Shown: positions 37,483-50,374 of the stretch, piece by piece
Numbering within the stretch: position 1 is the stretch's first letter
How the letters are laid out: every line of letters begins with the position of its first letter
Origin: Schizosaccharomyces osmophilus
Taxonomy: Eukaryota
DNA: 64,000 bases
Direction: 5' to 3'
Assembly: GCF_027921745.1 (NCBI RefSeq)
Contig: NC_079238.1
Location: forward strand, 620,001 to 684,000
Notes under the pieces: model-generated
What the model was told of the DNA's origin: nothing
Databases searched by the model: none
Seen by the model: only the letters and a program-made list of their open reading frames with translations
Program-made: the position numbers and the translations under genes

Positions 37483-38211
37483 TCAAGCTGAAATGGAAAA
37501 GGATGAGATTTCTGGTTCGTCTTCCTCCTTACTAAACTTCGTTTCGTTGAAAAGTCGAAAATACTTGTCATTTGACTTTTCTGATGCCGCTATAAAAGCT
37601 GGACGACTGCTGATACCTTTCAGCCAACGCTTGATATTTGGATATGGTCTCGTGTTCAAAATTGTCGGCTGAAGACAAAGAAGAGGATAACTCATTTGTA
37701 CGTCGGCCGCAGTAAAGTAATCGCCGGCGAAATACTTGCTAGTGGTAAGGTGATCATCAATATGGTCAAGGTTAAGGTATAATTCTTTTAGATAATAGTG
37801 ATCGTTTATCGTATTGGTTATTTTTCGAACCAAAAAGCGGCTAACAAAAGGCGACATATCGACAGCTTTGTTATTAACAAACAGACCGACAACGAGCATC
37901 ATTAAAGAGCCTTCAGAATAATGCGTCCAAAAATCGTACTTTTCTAATTGAGGCAAATCGTTTTCGGAGGGTTTCAACTCTCTCCCATACTTTCGAACTA
38001 AATGTTCAACGACAGCACCACTTTCGATATAGGATTTTCCATCATCGACAAGCACAGGACTTTTTCCTATAGGAGATAAATTATAGAATTCAGGAGGAGA
38101 GCGGCCTTCCACACGATCGTAACGCTTCAGCTCGTATGGAACTTTCAACTCCTCCAGCATCCAAATAATTCTCGAAGAACGTGAGTCCGACAAATGATGA
38201 AGAACAATCAT
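37483..38211 (-). CDS. gst3: Glutathione S-transferase (Gtt1-like), 242 aa
   Basis: IVLHHLSDSRSSRIIWMLEEL, GKSPVL, IESGA, YFAGDYFTAAD. Confidence 0.92.
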   Translation of the reverse strand: MIVLHHLSDSRSSRIIWMLEELKVPYELKRYDRVEGRSPPEFYNLSPIGKSPVLVDDGKSYIESGAVVEHLVRKYGRELKPSENDLPQLEKYDFWTHYSEGSLMMLVVGLFVNNKAVDMSPFVSRFLVRKITNTINDHYYLKELYLNLDHIDDHLTTSKYFAGDYFTAADVQMSYPLLCLQPTILNTRPYPNIKRWLKGISSRPAFIAASEKSNDKYFRLFNETKFSKEEDEPEISSFSISA

Positions 38212-38706
38212 TTTCAAACAAAACTAATGTTATAAGTTATTCGTTAAAATGGTAAAATGGTAAGTAAAACGTAAAGGATAAAGAATAAATGGGAAGATGC
38301 CAATTTGTAATGGGCGAACACTGAATCAGTAGGTGCTTGACGTCAAATCGATCCTATAATGAAATTCAGTGTATTGCAAACACATACTGGGAAGGATTTA
38401 TAGCTGTTTATTTAACTTTGCTTTTTGTATTGGAAATACTCTGAGTATATGAGAAGGCATTGATGTCGAGACAACCATTGGAGTCCTTGATTAGCACCTT
38501 GCATACTTCAAGAAGCATTCCGCAAGATGTAGCAAACTCATAGAATAGATATTTCAATAACAAATAAACTGTTGCATGTTTGCGTATAGCTTGCTGAAAC
38601 CAGTCTCATTGAGTGAAACGACTACTTTGTAGGAAAGAAGCCCAAAGCATATTGCAACCTGTAGTAGAACACGAAAAAAAAAGCCTACAATTGTACTTCA
38701 CTAACT

Positions 38707-39913
38707 TTATCGACAGTTTGAATGCCAGCTCCCTTGTACAAGAACGCCATATGTATCACACCAAGAAAGAATGATGGCCGAAGACAGGTCTAAACCAGAA
38801 TTACGAAGCCACAAAGTAAATTCTTCCAAACCCAATGGCTCATAGTGCAGCATCTTTAACCAGATTGTTTTATCTTTTGAATCACGAACTGCTTTAGAAA
38901 TTGCACGATGAGATTCAGTGACTATATCATCAAAAGTAGTAGCAACAGAAGGATCAGAAGTATTTTCTTTCTCGTTGGATCCACCTTTAGTAAGTTCTTG
39001 TTTTTTTAAATTCTCACAAGCAGCATCACAAGCTTTTAGAGTATTTACCAACGCTCGCTTGCTCTTGGATGGTTTAAATCCATAACATTCTACCATCCGA
39101 CAAAGTTCCTGTATTGACATATCTTTGTATTTATGTTCATTCGTATCATTACGTTGATCATGCCGCTCTTGATCTTGATCTTGAATGGGAGTAATATTTT
39201 GAATTGGTCCTTCATTTTGCGGCATGTTATTGAAGCCGTATGAAACGCTTCTAGGGGGTTCCCTTTTCTGTATTTCTTCGCTCATCCAATTTATACTAGT
39301 ATTCCTATTTTCTTTTTCTGTTTCAAGGTCATGACTTTGGTTGAAAGAATCTAATGTGAAAACACCATCACCTTTCGTAGCAACAAATTTCCCGTCACTG
39401 AACGAGCCTTCCCTGTACTCCAAGTCCCCTACAAATGCATGTTTTGAGAAAGAATGATGCTCTGTAGGGAAGGCATCATCTTCGCTTGCTAAATTAATAA
39501 CAGGCTCAGAGAAAGGAGAAAGACTAGCTGTAGCATCTCGTATTTGCTCAAAACCATATATTGGAGGATCTTCATAGTCAAAATCTCCTTTCCCTAAAGT
39601 ACTCTCATCTATTGCTTCCTCAGGTTCTGGGATTTCTGACTGAAAGCAGGAGCTGAAACATGAAGATTCTGAGAGGAAAGAATTTCGATTACTTAAAACA
39701 TTTTCCGCTACATTTTCATCTGCGTCTGTATCGATAAACTCGCGCTTTCTTTTCCTAATGATATTCTCATGCAGTAGTTCGGGGGTCCCTTCTTCTGACT
39801 CTACAACCACAAAGGATGTTTTCTTAAATCATTAGTAAGAATTTTTTTTTTTTTCAACTTACATGTGGACTTTCTGGAGAGGACTGTATTTCAATAGGAA
39901 AATCCTGAGACAT
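38707..39913 (-). CDS. slx4: Structure-specific endonuclease scaffold Slx4, 388 aa; exons 39913-39863 and 39822-38707
   Basis: SAP-like YKDMSIQEL..YGFKPSKSK and C-terminal WLKMLHYEPLGL..WCDTYGV. Confidence 0.88.
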
Positions 39914-40871
39914 CAGACACAAAAAAGTATTTTTCTTCGTACTCTTTTGTGGTTCCTATAAACAGAAATAATTCATGGGGAAATTACTATGGTAATGGTT
40001 GCTGAAATGAAAAAGCGTGATCACTAAAAATAAACAGATTTCATATAGTCTTTGTGTTGCACAATTTAAAGAGGACTTCGAGATAGAAATAACAGTGAAA
40101 CACTAATTCCTTGATTTCATTTTTAAATATGCTGGAAAAACGAGCCACCACTGAAATTTAAAGATGACTTTGGACGTTATTGTATTTCAGCATTACTATT
40201 GTTTGCACGCTCAAAGATTTGGAACCCCCTTTACAGCTGCAGCCTTCTATTCATATTGGTATTATGCCGTGAGATGTTTAGCTATATAAGCCCTTTAATT
40301 GACACTTTCATTGCTCTCAAGTTGGGTTATAGAGTAGTGGAAACATACAAGTCAACGATTACAAGTTTGGTACAATTGCTAAAATTAGCATAGCTATAAA
40401 CTTTATAACTGGAGTTAGTTAACTATGGAAATCAGGTACAATCCATACATAACTACCATATACTTTCACATACTTTAAGCAAGTCTGAGAGTTGGCAAGT
40501 TTCCTCTGGAACAGCGCAATGCTTGACGATAAATAATTGACAACATAGTAGGAATTTTTAAGTTCTTTTTAATAACTGTTAATTGTATCCATGCTCATGT
40601 ACGCTCATCTGAACTTACTTTAAATAGCAGATTCACTATCAAAATTTAACTTGTATGGATAGTGCCAAAAGTGATGGATAGGGTTAGTTTTAACTCTATA
40701 TTATACTCGTACAAGAAATAGCCAGAGTACAAATCAGTTCGCTTAAGCGTCCTTTCACAGCACAATTGTCCTTATTATAAACACTTCGTTTAAACATAAT
40801 TATAATAAATAAAATAGAAATGACAAGAAATAAAAAAGTAAATGTCGGCAAAAGCTTTCAAAAGAGGCAAG

Positions 40872-43658
40872 TTAAGACTTAAATCCAATTTTCTTGGCGA
40901 AAAGCTTCTTTTTGCCTTTTATGTCTTTTGAATCTCTTGAATCTTTCAATGTGTTGTCTGTGTCAATCTTTCCCTTTTTCTTAAAAATTTGTAGGAAATC
41001 GTTAGCAGCGGATTTGGACTTCCTTCTAGCTTCCGCTGCAATATTATGCTTGATGGATCCCGACGACTTGGCCGGACTAGCAGCACGAGCAGGGTACTTT
41101 TTATTGTAATCCATCTGAACAGGTTTGGAAAACGTTTTTGAGGAAGTTACATCCTCCTTATTCCCTTGAGAAGATGCAATCCAACTATCTAAACCTGAAT
41201 CGTAGTTTCGTAACTCCTCGATCTTGCGATTAAAAAAGTTACATCTATGGTCTGTAGATCCTAAACTATTCACTTCCTTAATTGAAATTAAAGGACTTTT
41301 TACAAAAGCTTCAAGGGAAGCGAAGTAAAGAAGACTTTTGTCGTGTGTAACTTTTCCAGAATTTTTTTCACTTTCAGGCTTCTTCAACTGAGGTGTTTTC
41401 GATATCTGGTCCGTCTTGTTCCTTGGATTAACAGCGGGGGTACTTTCAGGTGGTTTAACGGACTCTTTCTCATTCGTTTTAGCAGGAATTGATGGTAATG
41501 AACCTCTCGTCAAAGCTGCTGCTTCTAATTCTTCTGTATTTATGGAAGTCCGTCGGCTACCTTCAGAGACGTTAGGCAAAGACAAGGTGTCACCTTTATC
41601 GTTATTTTTATCAGCGATTAAATTGGAAGAATCAGGAACGGCACTTCCAGCATCAACTTCCTTTATGGTTGGTAAATGATCATGGAATGAAGTTGTACTT
41701 TCGGTAGCCCTTACACCTTGAGAATCGTCTTGCAAACCCTCAGACCAAAATGGATCATTAGCGTTTAATTTAGAAACATTACGATCGGTCTCATCAGACA
41801 AATAGTTATATAAGTTTTCCAAACTCTCGTTGTTTTCGTTTGATTCATTATCAGGTAACTTGGATGCTTTTGAGTTTATTGACATAGTCTCAGAAAGGGA
41901 ACCAGTATTAAATACAGAGGCTTTTTTCTCTGTTAAGGGTAGATTACCATTTTCATGAATTTTTAGATCTGAGACAGTCTTCTCGGCGTTTGATTTAAAA
42001 ACGTTAGAATTACTCTCAGTTTTGCCAACCAGCGTGTACAAAGGATGATTTAGAGGAGGATCAACTGCATCATCTTTAGTAAACACTGAGCTATTATCGT
42101 CTGAACTCTCTAAAATTCTGGAATGGGTAGACATTACTTCTTCGCCAGAAGAAGCTGCCGCATCATGCGAACTATTCTCATAATCTGAAGTTGAAGCTGC
42201 GTCGCTCTCAAAACGACGATCCTCTCCATATTTATGAGGAGAGTATAGAAATGGAGATTCAGGATAATGTGTTCCATTATCCTGGTCTTTTGAAGCATCA
42301 TCGTTTTCAGATGATGGAGCAGATATGATTTCTGCATTGGAACCCACGGAAGTCTCAGCAACTTCATTGAAAGCCATAGAGCTTTGTTCGGGAGACTCAA
42401 CTAATGGAACATTCAGATCATCTTCCTTTTGAAAAAACTTATCCTCAAAAGTCTTGGGTACTGGACTTTCCAATACGGGGTTTGAAGTCTCAATCGTCGG
42501 TTTTTCTAAGTTCTCAAGTCCAGAGTCGTTGTCGAGCTCCTTATTATTTCGATTTTCTTCAACCTTCATTGCAGGCAAAGCAAAAGAATCATCACTCTCT
42601 GATTGTATATATTGAGGGGTTTCGCTTTCGGGGTGATGCAAAGCTAAAGAAGGTGTATCATCAGAACTTTCAGAATCCTTGGAAACATCTTCACCTCCCT
42701 TTTCAGCAATTGTTGACTTAGATTCGGAATACTTCATTTGCTCAATGGGTTGTTTCTGATTAATGCTTCGAGCAGAGTAAGGATTTTCAAAGTATGATTC
42801 TGCTTGGGAAGAGTTGGTGGTATCTAAGGGTCGCTCAAAATATTGTTCATGATGAACAGTTTCATCCTGCACAGGTTTGTAAGTAGTATTTTCCGTAGGT
42901 GGATGGAAAAATGATGAAGAAAGTTTTTTTTCGGTACCTTGAGAAATAGAAGGCGAAAGTTTGTCTGTTTGATCTCCTTCAAATGCATCGTTGGTAGCAT
43001 CTTTACTTTTATCACCAAATGGCCCATTTTGGTTTTGGGAAGACATATGTGATGTGGCTGATGCTGCGTCGTTTAATGCGGTAAATGGACCAGCCGCTGC
43101 TTCTCTTCCGAACATTCTGTTTTCAGCTAAGGGTGAAGCAGACTGTTTTACGTTTGCAGACATGTACGTTGCTGTATAATCGGCAGGCTTAGAATCTGGG
43201 TTCTTTCCTAGTCGCTGCAACAACAATCTACGTTTTTCAGCCCACACCTTTGCACTTTCATCAGCTGTGACATGTTTTGTAGCAAGAGTTTCTTGGCTAC
43301 CAGATGCTTCTTTGCGATATATAAAAGTTGAGGATTCGTCAAATCCGTAATCGTCGTCAGACGTATCATCACCAGAGTCATCATCCTCTTCTTCCTCTTC
43401 ATCTTCCTCCGAAACCTCTGAAATCTGATCCTCAAGCTCGTGTTTAGTCCCCTCCTTAGATTTCAGATTTGCGAGTGAATCGGCACTCGTGGGATTGCTC
43501 TCATTCTCTTCTGGATCTGATTCTTCGCTACTCCATTCATTTCCTTCATAACTAGGAACATTGGATATCCACCTACCGGAGATATGGCGACGTAGCCCTC
43601 CATTTCCGGTGTTTGCAGTTTCCTTTTTTTTAACTTCCTCCATTGAATTACGGGTCAT
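40872..43658 (-). CDS. rng10: Large acidic low-complexity protein, Rng10-like by synteny
   Basis: 928-aa ORF between slx4 and med12; name inferred from position. Confidence 0.6.
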   Translation of the reverse strand: MTRNSMEEVKKKETANTGNGGLRRHISGRWISNVPSYEGNEWSSEESDPEENESNPTSADSLANLKSKEGTKHELEDQISEVSEEDEEEEEDDDSGDDTSDDDYGFDESSTFIYRKEASGSQETLATKHVTADESAKVWAEKRRLLLQRLGKNPDSKPADYTATYMSANVKQSASPLAENRMFGREAAAGPFTALNDAASATSHMSSQNQNGPFGDKSKDATNDAFEGDQTDKLSPSISQGTEKKLSSSFFHPPTENTTYKPVQDETVHHEQYFERPLDTTNSSQAESYFENPYSARSINQKQPIEQMKYSESKSTIAEKGGEDVSKDSESSDDTPSLALHHPESETPQYIQSESDDSFALPAMKVEENRNNKELDNDSGLENLEKPTIETSNPVLESPVPKTFEDKFFQKEDDLNVPLVESPEQSSMAFNEVAETSVGSNAEIISAPSSENDDASKDQDNGTHYPESPFLYSPHKYGEDRRFESDAASTSDYENSSHDAAASSGEEVMSTHSRILESSDDNSSVFTKDDAVDPPLNHPLYTLVGKTESNSNVFKSNAEKTVSDLKIHENGNLPLTEKKASVFNTGSLSETMSINSKASKLPDNESNENNESLENLYNYLSDETDRNVSKLNANDPFWSEGLQDDSQGVRATESTTSFHDHLPTIKEVDAGSAVPDSSNLIADKNNDKGDTLSLPNVSEGSRRTSINTEELEAAALTRGSLPSIPAKTNEKESVKPPESTPAVNPRNKTDQISKTPQLKKPESEKNSGKVTHDKSLLYFASLEAFVKSPLISIKEVNSLGSTDHRCNFFNRKIEELRNYDSGLDSWIASSQGNKEDVTSSKTFSKPVQMDYNKKYPARAASPAKSSGSIKHNIAAEARRKSKSAANDFLQIFKKKGKIDTDNTLKDSRDSKDIKGKKKLFAKKIGFKS

Positions 43659-44297
43659 TGATTTATTTCAACATCGACTTCTACAAATATTTTACGATGC
43701 TAAAAGCTCTTATTTTCCTAGGTGTTGAACATAAAGGTATTGAATGGTAGAGTTTGAGTTAGCTTGGCGTGAAGATATGACTTCGCTATAACCCCCAACA
43801 TTGACTTGCCAAAGACTCCAAAGGAAGAAATTCGGATTGTAAAAAAACGATAGCTATTTTGTAAGGAATACTTACTACTTAAAATCAGCGCAACCCAGGT
43901 TAGTTTTTCGGTTTGCGACGAAGACAAGCATATTCGCACTACCAATTTGCTCTGCCTATATTGTACACCCACCTGATGGTCATTTATTGCAGTTAGATTT
44001 TTTGTTTTCTATTGATAATCGCTCGCATCAAATGCCCAAAATTGATTTTACAATCGTTAATGTATACCTTTTTCCTCATTAAACAACTTTGGGGTTTTCG
44101 AATTTTGCATCTGCAGTGAATTTTTAGAACAGTTTTGTTTGACTATTTGTATATACAAACATTTTAAAGTCAATATCTACTGACCATTTCACAGAAGCCC
44201 AATTAGGATTTGGGTTTCATAATTCACTACCGAGAAATTAAGTATTCCACTTCTTTTGTTCTAGCTATATGTGAAATCTTGAGGAATTTTACCCTGT

Positions 44298-47200
44298 ATG
44301 AGTCACAAAGAACATATTAGCGCCTCGGACGAAAGCAATTCTGCATCAACAGCTATTAGTGAGTTGGATGTTCGTTCTAATCCCGAATCGTTGTTAGATT
44401 ACCTAGCCAACAGAGAGGAAATACCAGATAAACGACTTTATGATGAAAAGACCGATGCTCAATCTTTTTCGTCAGTTGAAGCTATATCCAAAGGACATGT
44501 GTATACTACCTATGTAGAAAACGAACGAGGTTCTGCTGCTCTTTCAGTAAAGAATCACTTAAAAAATCCAGTTGCATTTCAAAATCTTCACAGGTTTTCT
44601 AAAACTTTACTTTCCTCTCAAGCCAGCATTCCAATAAATATACCTTTTGCACGTTGTGACCCGCCTCCTAGAGTTCGATTATCGGAGACTAGAAAAACAG
44701 CGTGGCTTCAGGACCTGGCGAACGATAATATTTGTTTAAGTGAACTTTCTAAAAAGATTCCTCACGGTGTTTGGGGAAAAGATATAATTCAACTTGTTCT
44801 CGATTTTCGGGTACCTTTACCTAGAGCTATTTGGTTTATACGATGTGCCGGAACTAATGAGATTCGATCTTTTTTTAAAAAATATCCCAATAGTGCTTCA
44901 AAGGATTGGGTCCTTTTATGGACGGACGTAATTGGTGATTTTTTATTAAACTTTTTTACAAATCACTTAGGAGACGACGTTCAAGCATTTTCTAGTAATT
45001 TTATCTACGTTAATAGATTATTTGGAAGATTGTTGATTGAAAAGTTAATCATCCCCTCGTTCTTTATTTCAAAGGTGATTTCCTTAATACCTAATCTTCC
45101 GATGCATGTCTATCCATTAATTATAACTTTCCTTGATTACTTTTCTGTTACTATCTTTCGAGACACGTCAATCATAAAAAACTGCGTCGCAGGACTGTTG
45201 CCTTTCTTGCTAATTATGTACGAATCACCTTCCATTGACTTAGAACTGAAAAGAAGCGTGTTGAACAAAGCTGCTGACTTCTTATATCGCCTTGCATCTG
45301 TGAATTGGGCTGGATTTTTCTTTTTTGAAGAGTGGGAAGTACTGTACCCTATTTTATCTATTATTTGGAAACCAAATAAATCCCATAACTCTTTGCTTTC
45401 AATCTTGAATGATTTGAACATCCGAGCTATTTGCTTGGTGGATGCATCAGCTTCACCGATTCGGTTCATGCGGACGTTAAGTAGTTTCAAACCTTTTCTC
45501 AGTGCACATTCGTTTGCAAAAAAACTGCTGCATTATTCTTTTACCGAGATTATAGCATTCTTTTTCCGATGGAGTATATACTCGAAAAGTCAAATTCCAG
45601 AACATCGGTTTTGTATCTTTCTATCAATTTTACAGTTTTATAATGTGACCCCTAATTTGGCGACTAATCTGGTTTTAAACAGTTTGTTCCAAATTTCTTC
45701 AGTATCGAATGAAGAAAGTTTTATGGTTGCCCAGTTGCTAAACTGCCTATCTTTAAATGGATATTTTATGTTTTCCGGGTATATTGCTAGGCTTGCTGCC
45801 ATGGGTTACCTTCGAGAATCAATGTTAATGGCGGATTCCATGGATGTGCAACGCCAGATTATACTTCATCTTCCTTTGTTTCAAATCTCTCAGCAAGTAA
45901 GAAGCAAGCTTAATTATATACTGGCAAGAGGAAGCTATATAATTGACTATGATCAATGTTGTTCTTATATTGAGCAGTTTAGAAAGAGTCCTTCAAGTTT
46001 TGCATTTAAGAAAGGTGAGAGTTTTTCCATAATCGTTTACACACTATTACAAACTTTTTCCGTATGTGAAAATTCTATCTACATCAACTTTATGGTATTA
46101 TTTTATATATATCATTACTGCATGTTGAAAGAATTCTTCGATTGTGTCATTTACACCCTTAGCAAGCCTCATATCCGTTATTCGGTGCTCCTACTATTTG
46201 TTAAGGCTTTCCCAAACATTGTCATGGATAAACAAGTTATAGATCATATTCGTTTGTCAAAACCTGAAAGTTTGATAGAAGGTTATTTGCTTCACGAGAT
46301 TAAACACCTTTATCAGTTGGACTTCGATTTTTCTTTAAAGACGCCTGAGGATGAATCATTGTGTAGAGAGATGCAAGATTTATTGGGGAGTGATTCTTTC
46401 AGCACTGGTCCTTTTGGTGAGGATTTTAAGCCATACAAAGCTTTGAATAGCTTGTTTGAAGATTTTTTTAAAGCAGATGACGATGATTCAAATTTTGCTC
46501 TGACAAATTCTTTGATAATTATGAAAAAACATCTTGCTCTGACTGAAAACTACAGCTGCTTCACAAGCTATATTGCAGACAGAATAACAGTAGAACAAGC
46601 TAATTACTCAGTATTCATTACCAAATTGTTAGAGCTTTATGGAAACAATGTTTTCACAATCGGAGACTTATGGACAATTACAAATCGGCTATCAGAAACC
46701 TATGAAGAAGGCATGAAAGGGCATATCGTGGATATTTTCATGAGCGCCATCTTCGTTGATGAGCGGAACTTAAAAATGGTTCATTTGTTTAATTGTTTAT
46801 TATGGGATGCCAGAAAACTAAGCATTGGGCTTGAATTTCTAAAATTTTTGATACAGCATTGCAGCAAAAGTGAGCTGAATCTTAAGTGTATTTGGAATAT
46901 TCTAAGGAGTTTAGATTTCCACGAGATCATTTGGGTGGTGCCTGAGAAAGAGCTTTTGAGGAGAATAATGGAGAAATATTTGTCTTTTCCGTTTCATGGC
47001 ATGATAAATGAAAATTTAATAAAGCAGATACTTGAATTAGATGAGTTTGTTGCGCAAATGTATGCAGCTTGGTTGACTACACTTACAAGGGAAGAATTGG
47101 GTGATGTTTCTGAAGATGTGATGGAAAACATATTGATGGCAGGATTCATTGAAAAGGGATTCCACTCGTGGTATGTAATATGTTTGGGCCTTCCTAATAC

Positions 47201-47766
47201 ATTAAAAATTTTTCAAAGAGTTTTACTTTACTCAGTGAATAGGAATTTGGGTTTACCATCCCACTTCCTCTCGTTTCTATCTACAATTACTGAGCATATT
47301 GTACATAAGAGACCGGATGAAGTGTTCATAATAAAGTTTAAGGAAAGCTTGCAAAATCTTTTTCATATCCTAAAGGAGCAAGTATTGGGTGCTGAAGATG
47401 AGAATGATTCACTTACAGCTAGGTAAGTAATTTTACAGAAGTGTGAAACGATTACTAACTGTTTACAGGCTCAGATGTTTTTCCCAGCTAGTCCTTCAAT
47501 TTCATAATTACCTGGATAGAGACGAATCTGTGGAATCTTTACGTACGTTATCAACGAAAAATTATGTATATAAAAACCAATCTCTTTTTGACTTAATGGC
47601 ATTCATTATCGACAATGTCAAATCCCAGCCACTTTACGAGGATGAAACTTCCATTTGCTTCAATGCTTGGACAACTATTGAGTGTGGGTCTTTCAGTTCG
47701 AACCTACCAGAGGCTTTAAAGGAATTTAATCCGCGAAAAGCTGGTCTCGAAATCTCAATATGGTGA
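44298..47766 (+). CDS. med12: Mediator kinase-module subunit Med12/Srb8, about 1140 aa; exons 44298-47422 and 47469-47766
   Basis: PPPRVRLSETRKTAWLQDLAN..LSELSKKIPHG..VPLPRAIWFIRC Med12 domain; the 5' start could lie further upstream. Confidence 0.92.
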
Positions 47767-50374
47767 CATTGAACGTAAGCGGATATTACAAATGTAATCA
47801 CAAAATGCTTTGCTGCCTCGTGGTGTTGGGATTTTCGATAAGACAATGTTCATGTATTTATTCTGGCGGCCTTTTGGGTGTCCATTTTTATTTTTTCATT
47901 TTATTTTTGCATGTGTGATAAATAAGTTTAATGGTTTTTTCTAATACTAGCAGTAAATGCTGATATCTGATTGCAAATGTATCGAATGTCAAGCAATAAA
48001 AATTGGCTAATTTGATCCAAAAAATTAAGTATAACAGAAAAGAAATCATATTTTGATTAAGTCAAGCCAAATCTTGTATTAGCCAAAGCAAAATATTCCT
48101 ACGCTTTTTCAATACAGAAATGCAGAAGTAACAAGTTTATATGATATAATGATATTTTGATACGTTACTTGGTATTTGTTGTTATTATTTATGCACTGTC
48201 GAGGTTATATTACAATTTTGATAGAAAAAGGACCTTCATGTTTAGGAATCCTTTGTACTGTGACACTATTTGTTCTGGAAATTCTGGCTGCATTCTCTGA
48301 AGAAGTATATCTGCGTACTATTTTTTCCTTCTTCATACAGAACAGTTAAATGAGCAATTTATACGAGAAAACAAGACATAGAAAACCATTAATTTTTGTT
48401 ATTAATGTTTGTATAATGTTATAGAGCATTTGTTTTAAATTGTCTCTAGCGAAAGCTCTTTTGGTAGAAAAGAAATGCAAAACAAACCAGTGATACACCT
48501 GTAGCTTATAAGATCCACAATCACACCAAGTATAGTAGCTATATTGTTGAGTAAGTGCTAGCAGGGAATGGAGTGACGTTTTCGTACTTGGTGTAGTTTA
48601 TATGAACTTTCGTGTTGTATGCTAAAGACAAATTAAATAGTAATTTATTTGGGATCGAAATAATACGCTCCTTGGGTAGCAACTGGACGATTGAACGACT
48701 TGTTTCAACTGTTCAAATAACTCGATCGGATGGGAACTCTTTAAAAATATTCTTCTTAAGGTTGACCATTTCAAGTCTTTTAAAAAAGACGATGATTCTA
48801 TTCCAAATGCACTTTATTTCTTTTGGCTACTTTTTGTTAAATTAAATTCACCATTTTGGTTTCATGCAAAATTTACAAAAGGCAAAGCGCACCAAGATTT
48901 TATGTTTAGTAGTCTCATCGACGTATTTATTTAATTGATTGCTGATATAATAGAAATCAGTGCATCAAAACAAAAGCATTCGTTAGTGCCGGGCATGACA
49001 ATCCAAAAGTCCCTGCATCGTGAAGTGTAAAGATACCTTGAAAGGTTTCAGTTGACAATGGGTTTCTTCTTGTTCGTTTGGTATTTACTGACAGTGGATA
49101 ATACGAAATAAATAAAGAAACCATTTTAAAGGAGAAATCGTCGGCGCATGCATCGTTGAAATTTAAATCCCCCATCTGTTACGTTGCATATACGACTTTT
49201 CTTTTATTTATTATTACACTCGTTAAAGAAATGTTTGTCCCTTCTTCTCAAGCATGAAGCATAATTAGTGTTTCTTGATATCAAGCCAAGTGTGTTAGAG
49301 CAAGAATGACAAATATTTGTTCAAAGAAACAGGCCAACACCGCTGCTCTTGGTACGAAGAAAGAAGCAATCGAGCGAAAAAAAATACTTTCCTTTAAATC
49401 GTTGTTTTCAATTCACTAGTTTATGCTTACTACTGTTCGACCTCTTCTTGCAATGTCTATTGTATGAGACTCTTTTGTTTGGTTACTTTACTTCTATCTT
49501 GGTGGATGCATGTTCTTTGAGTCAGTCTCTAAAATTTGCTATAATGTTTATCATTTATAAAAATGAAGCCGACGAATGTTCTATAATGATTGAATCCATG
49601 GAATGGCGTTGACCTTAGAGGTTGTTCCTGTCACTGTGCCGTGACACTACAGTATGTAAAGGTTCTTGGGCTTTCCTTTTTTTTGTATATTGTCAAACAT
49701 GGAGAATGTTCGAAAGCTGAGAACCGGAATCTGACATTCATGAATGCTGTTGGGCTTGAGGACATGGGAATAGCTATCACCTACGATTATTTCTGAGAGC
49801 TTTCTCTATTTTTAAATAAAATAGTGTCATGGAATTATAATAATAAAAATATTCTAAGGGCATTAGCTCTATGCCCTGCGAATATTTATCTGCAATTAAG
49901 ATTCGTTTTCGAGAATGCGCAAATGAGAGACTGTATTTATAGTTTATGAAGTAAAAGAATGGAAATCATATATGAACGCTACAAACTTCCAGTTGAACCA
50001 ACGAAACTATATTCTGCAAAAGAAAACTATACATACCTTCATTTGTGCAAATCCAAAAAAGGAACGTAAATTCAGTTCTTATAAACAAGCCACTTATCAA
50101 TACTTCGCAATTGATCTTATTGGAATACTATTTCAGTTCTTGTCATACTTTTTCAGCTCTTGTCATTGAAACGCCATTTTCACTTATTGTCATTCGAGAG
50201 TTTAGTACAATTTAAGACAGCTTCAATGCTTCTTACTTGATAAATATAACAGTATTTTATAAGAACAGTATAACTCCCATGAAATGAACCCCATTCGTTT
50301 TTACTTGAAAATTCAAAGAGCTCACCGATGAGCGGGAATACGCTGCCAAGAGCCAAAAATTAGAATCTTTGACA

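Noticed and set aside
40200..40800. Cluster of minus-strand splice-like signals between slx4 and rng10
   Set aside because: No combination I tried gave a continuous ATG-to-stop frame
44032..44297. Possible extra 5' exons of med12 from ATG 44032
   Set aside because: Candidate splices hit stop codons; ATG 44298 kept as the start
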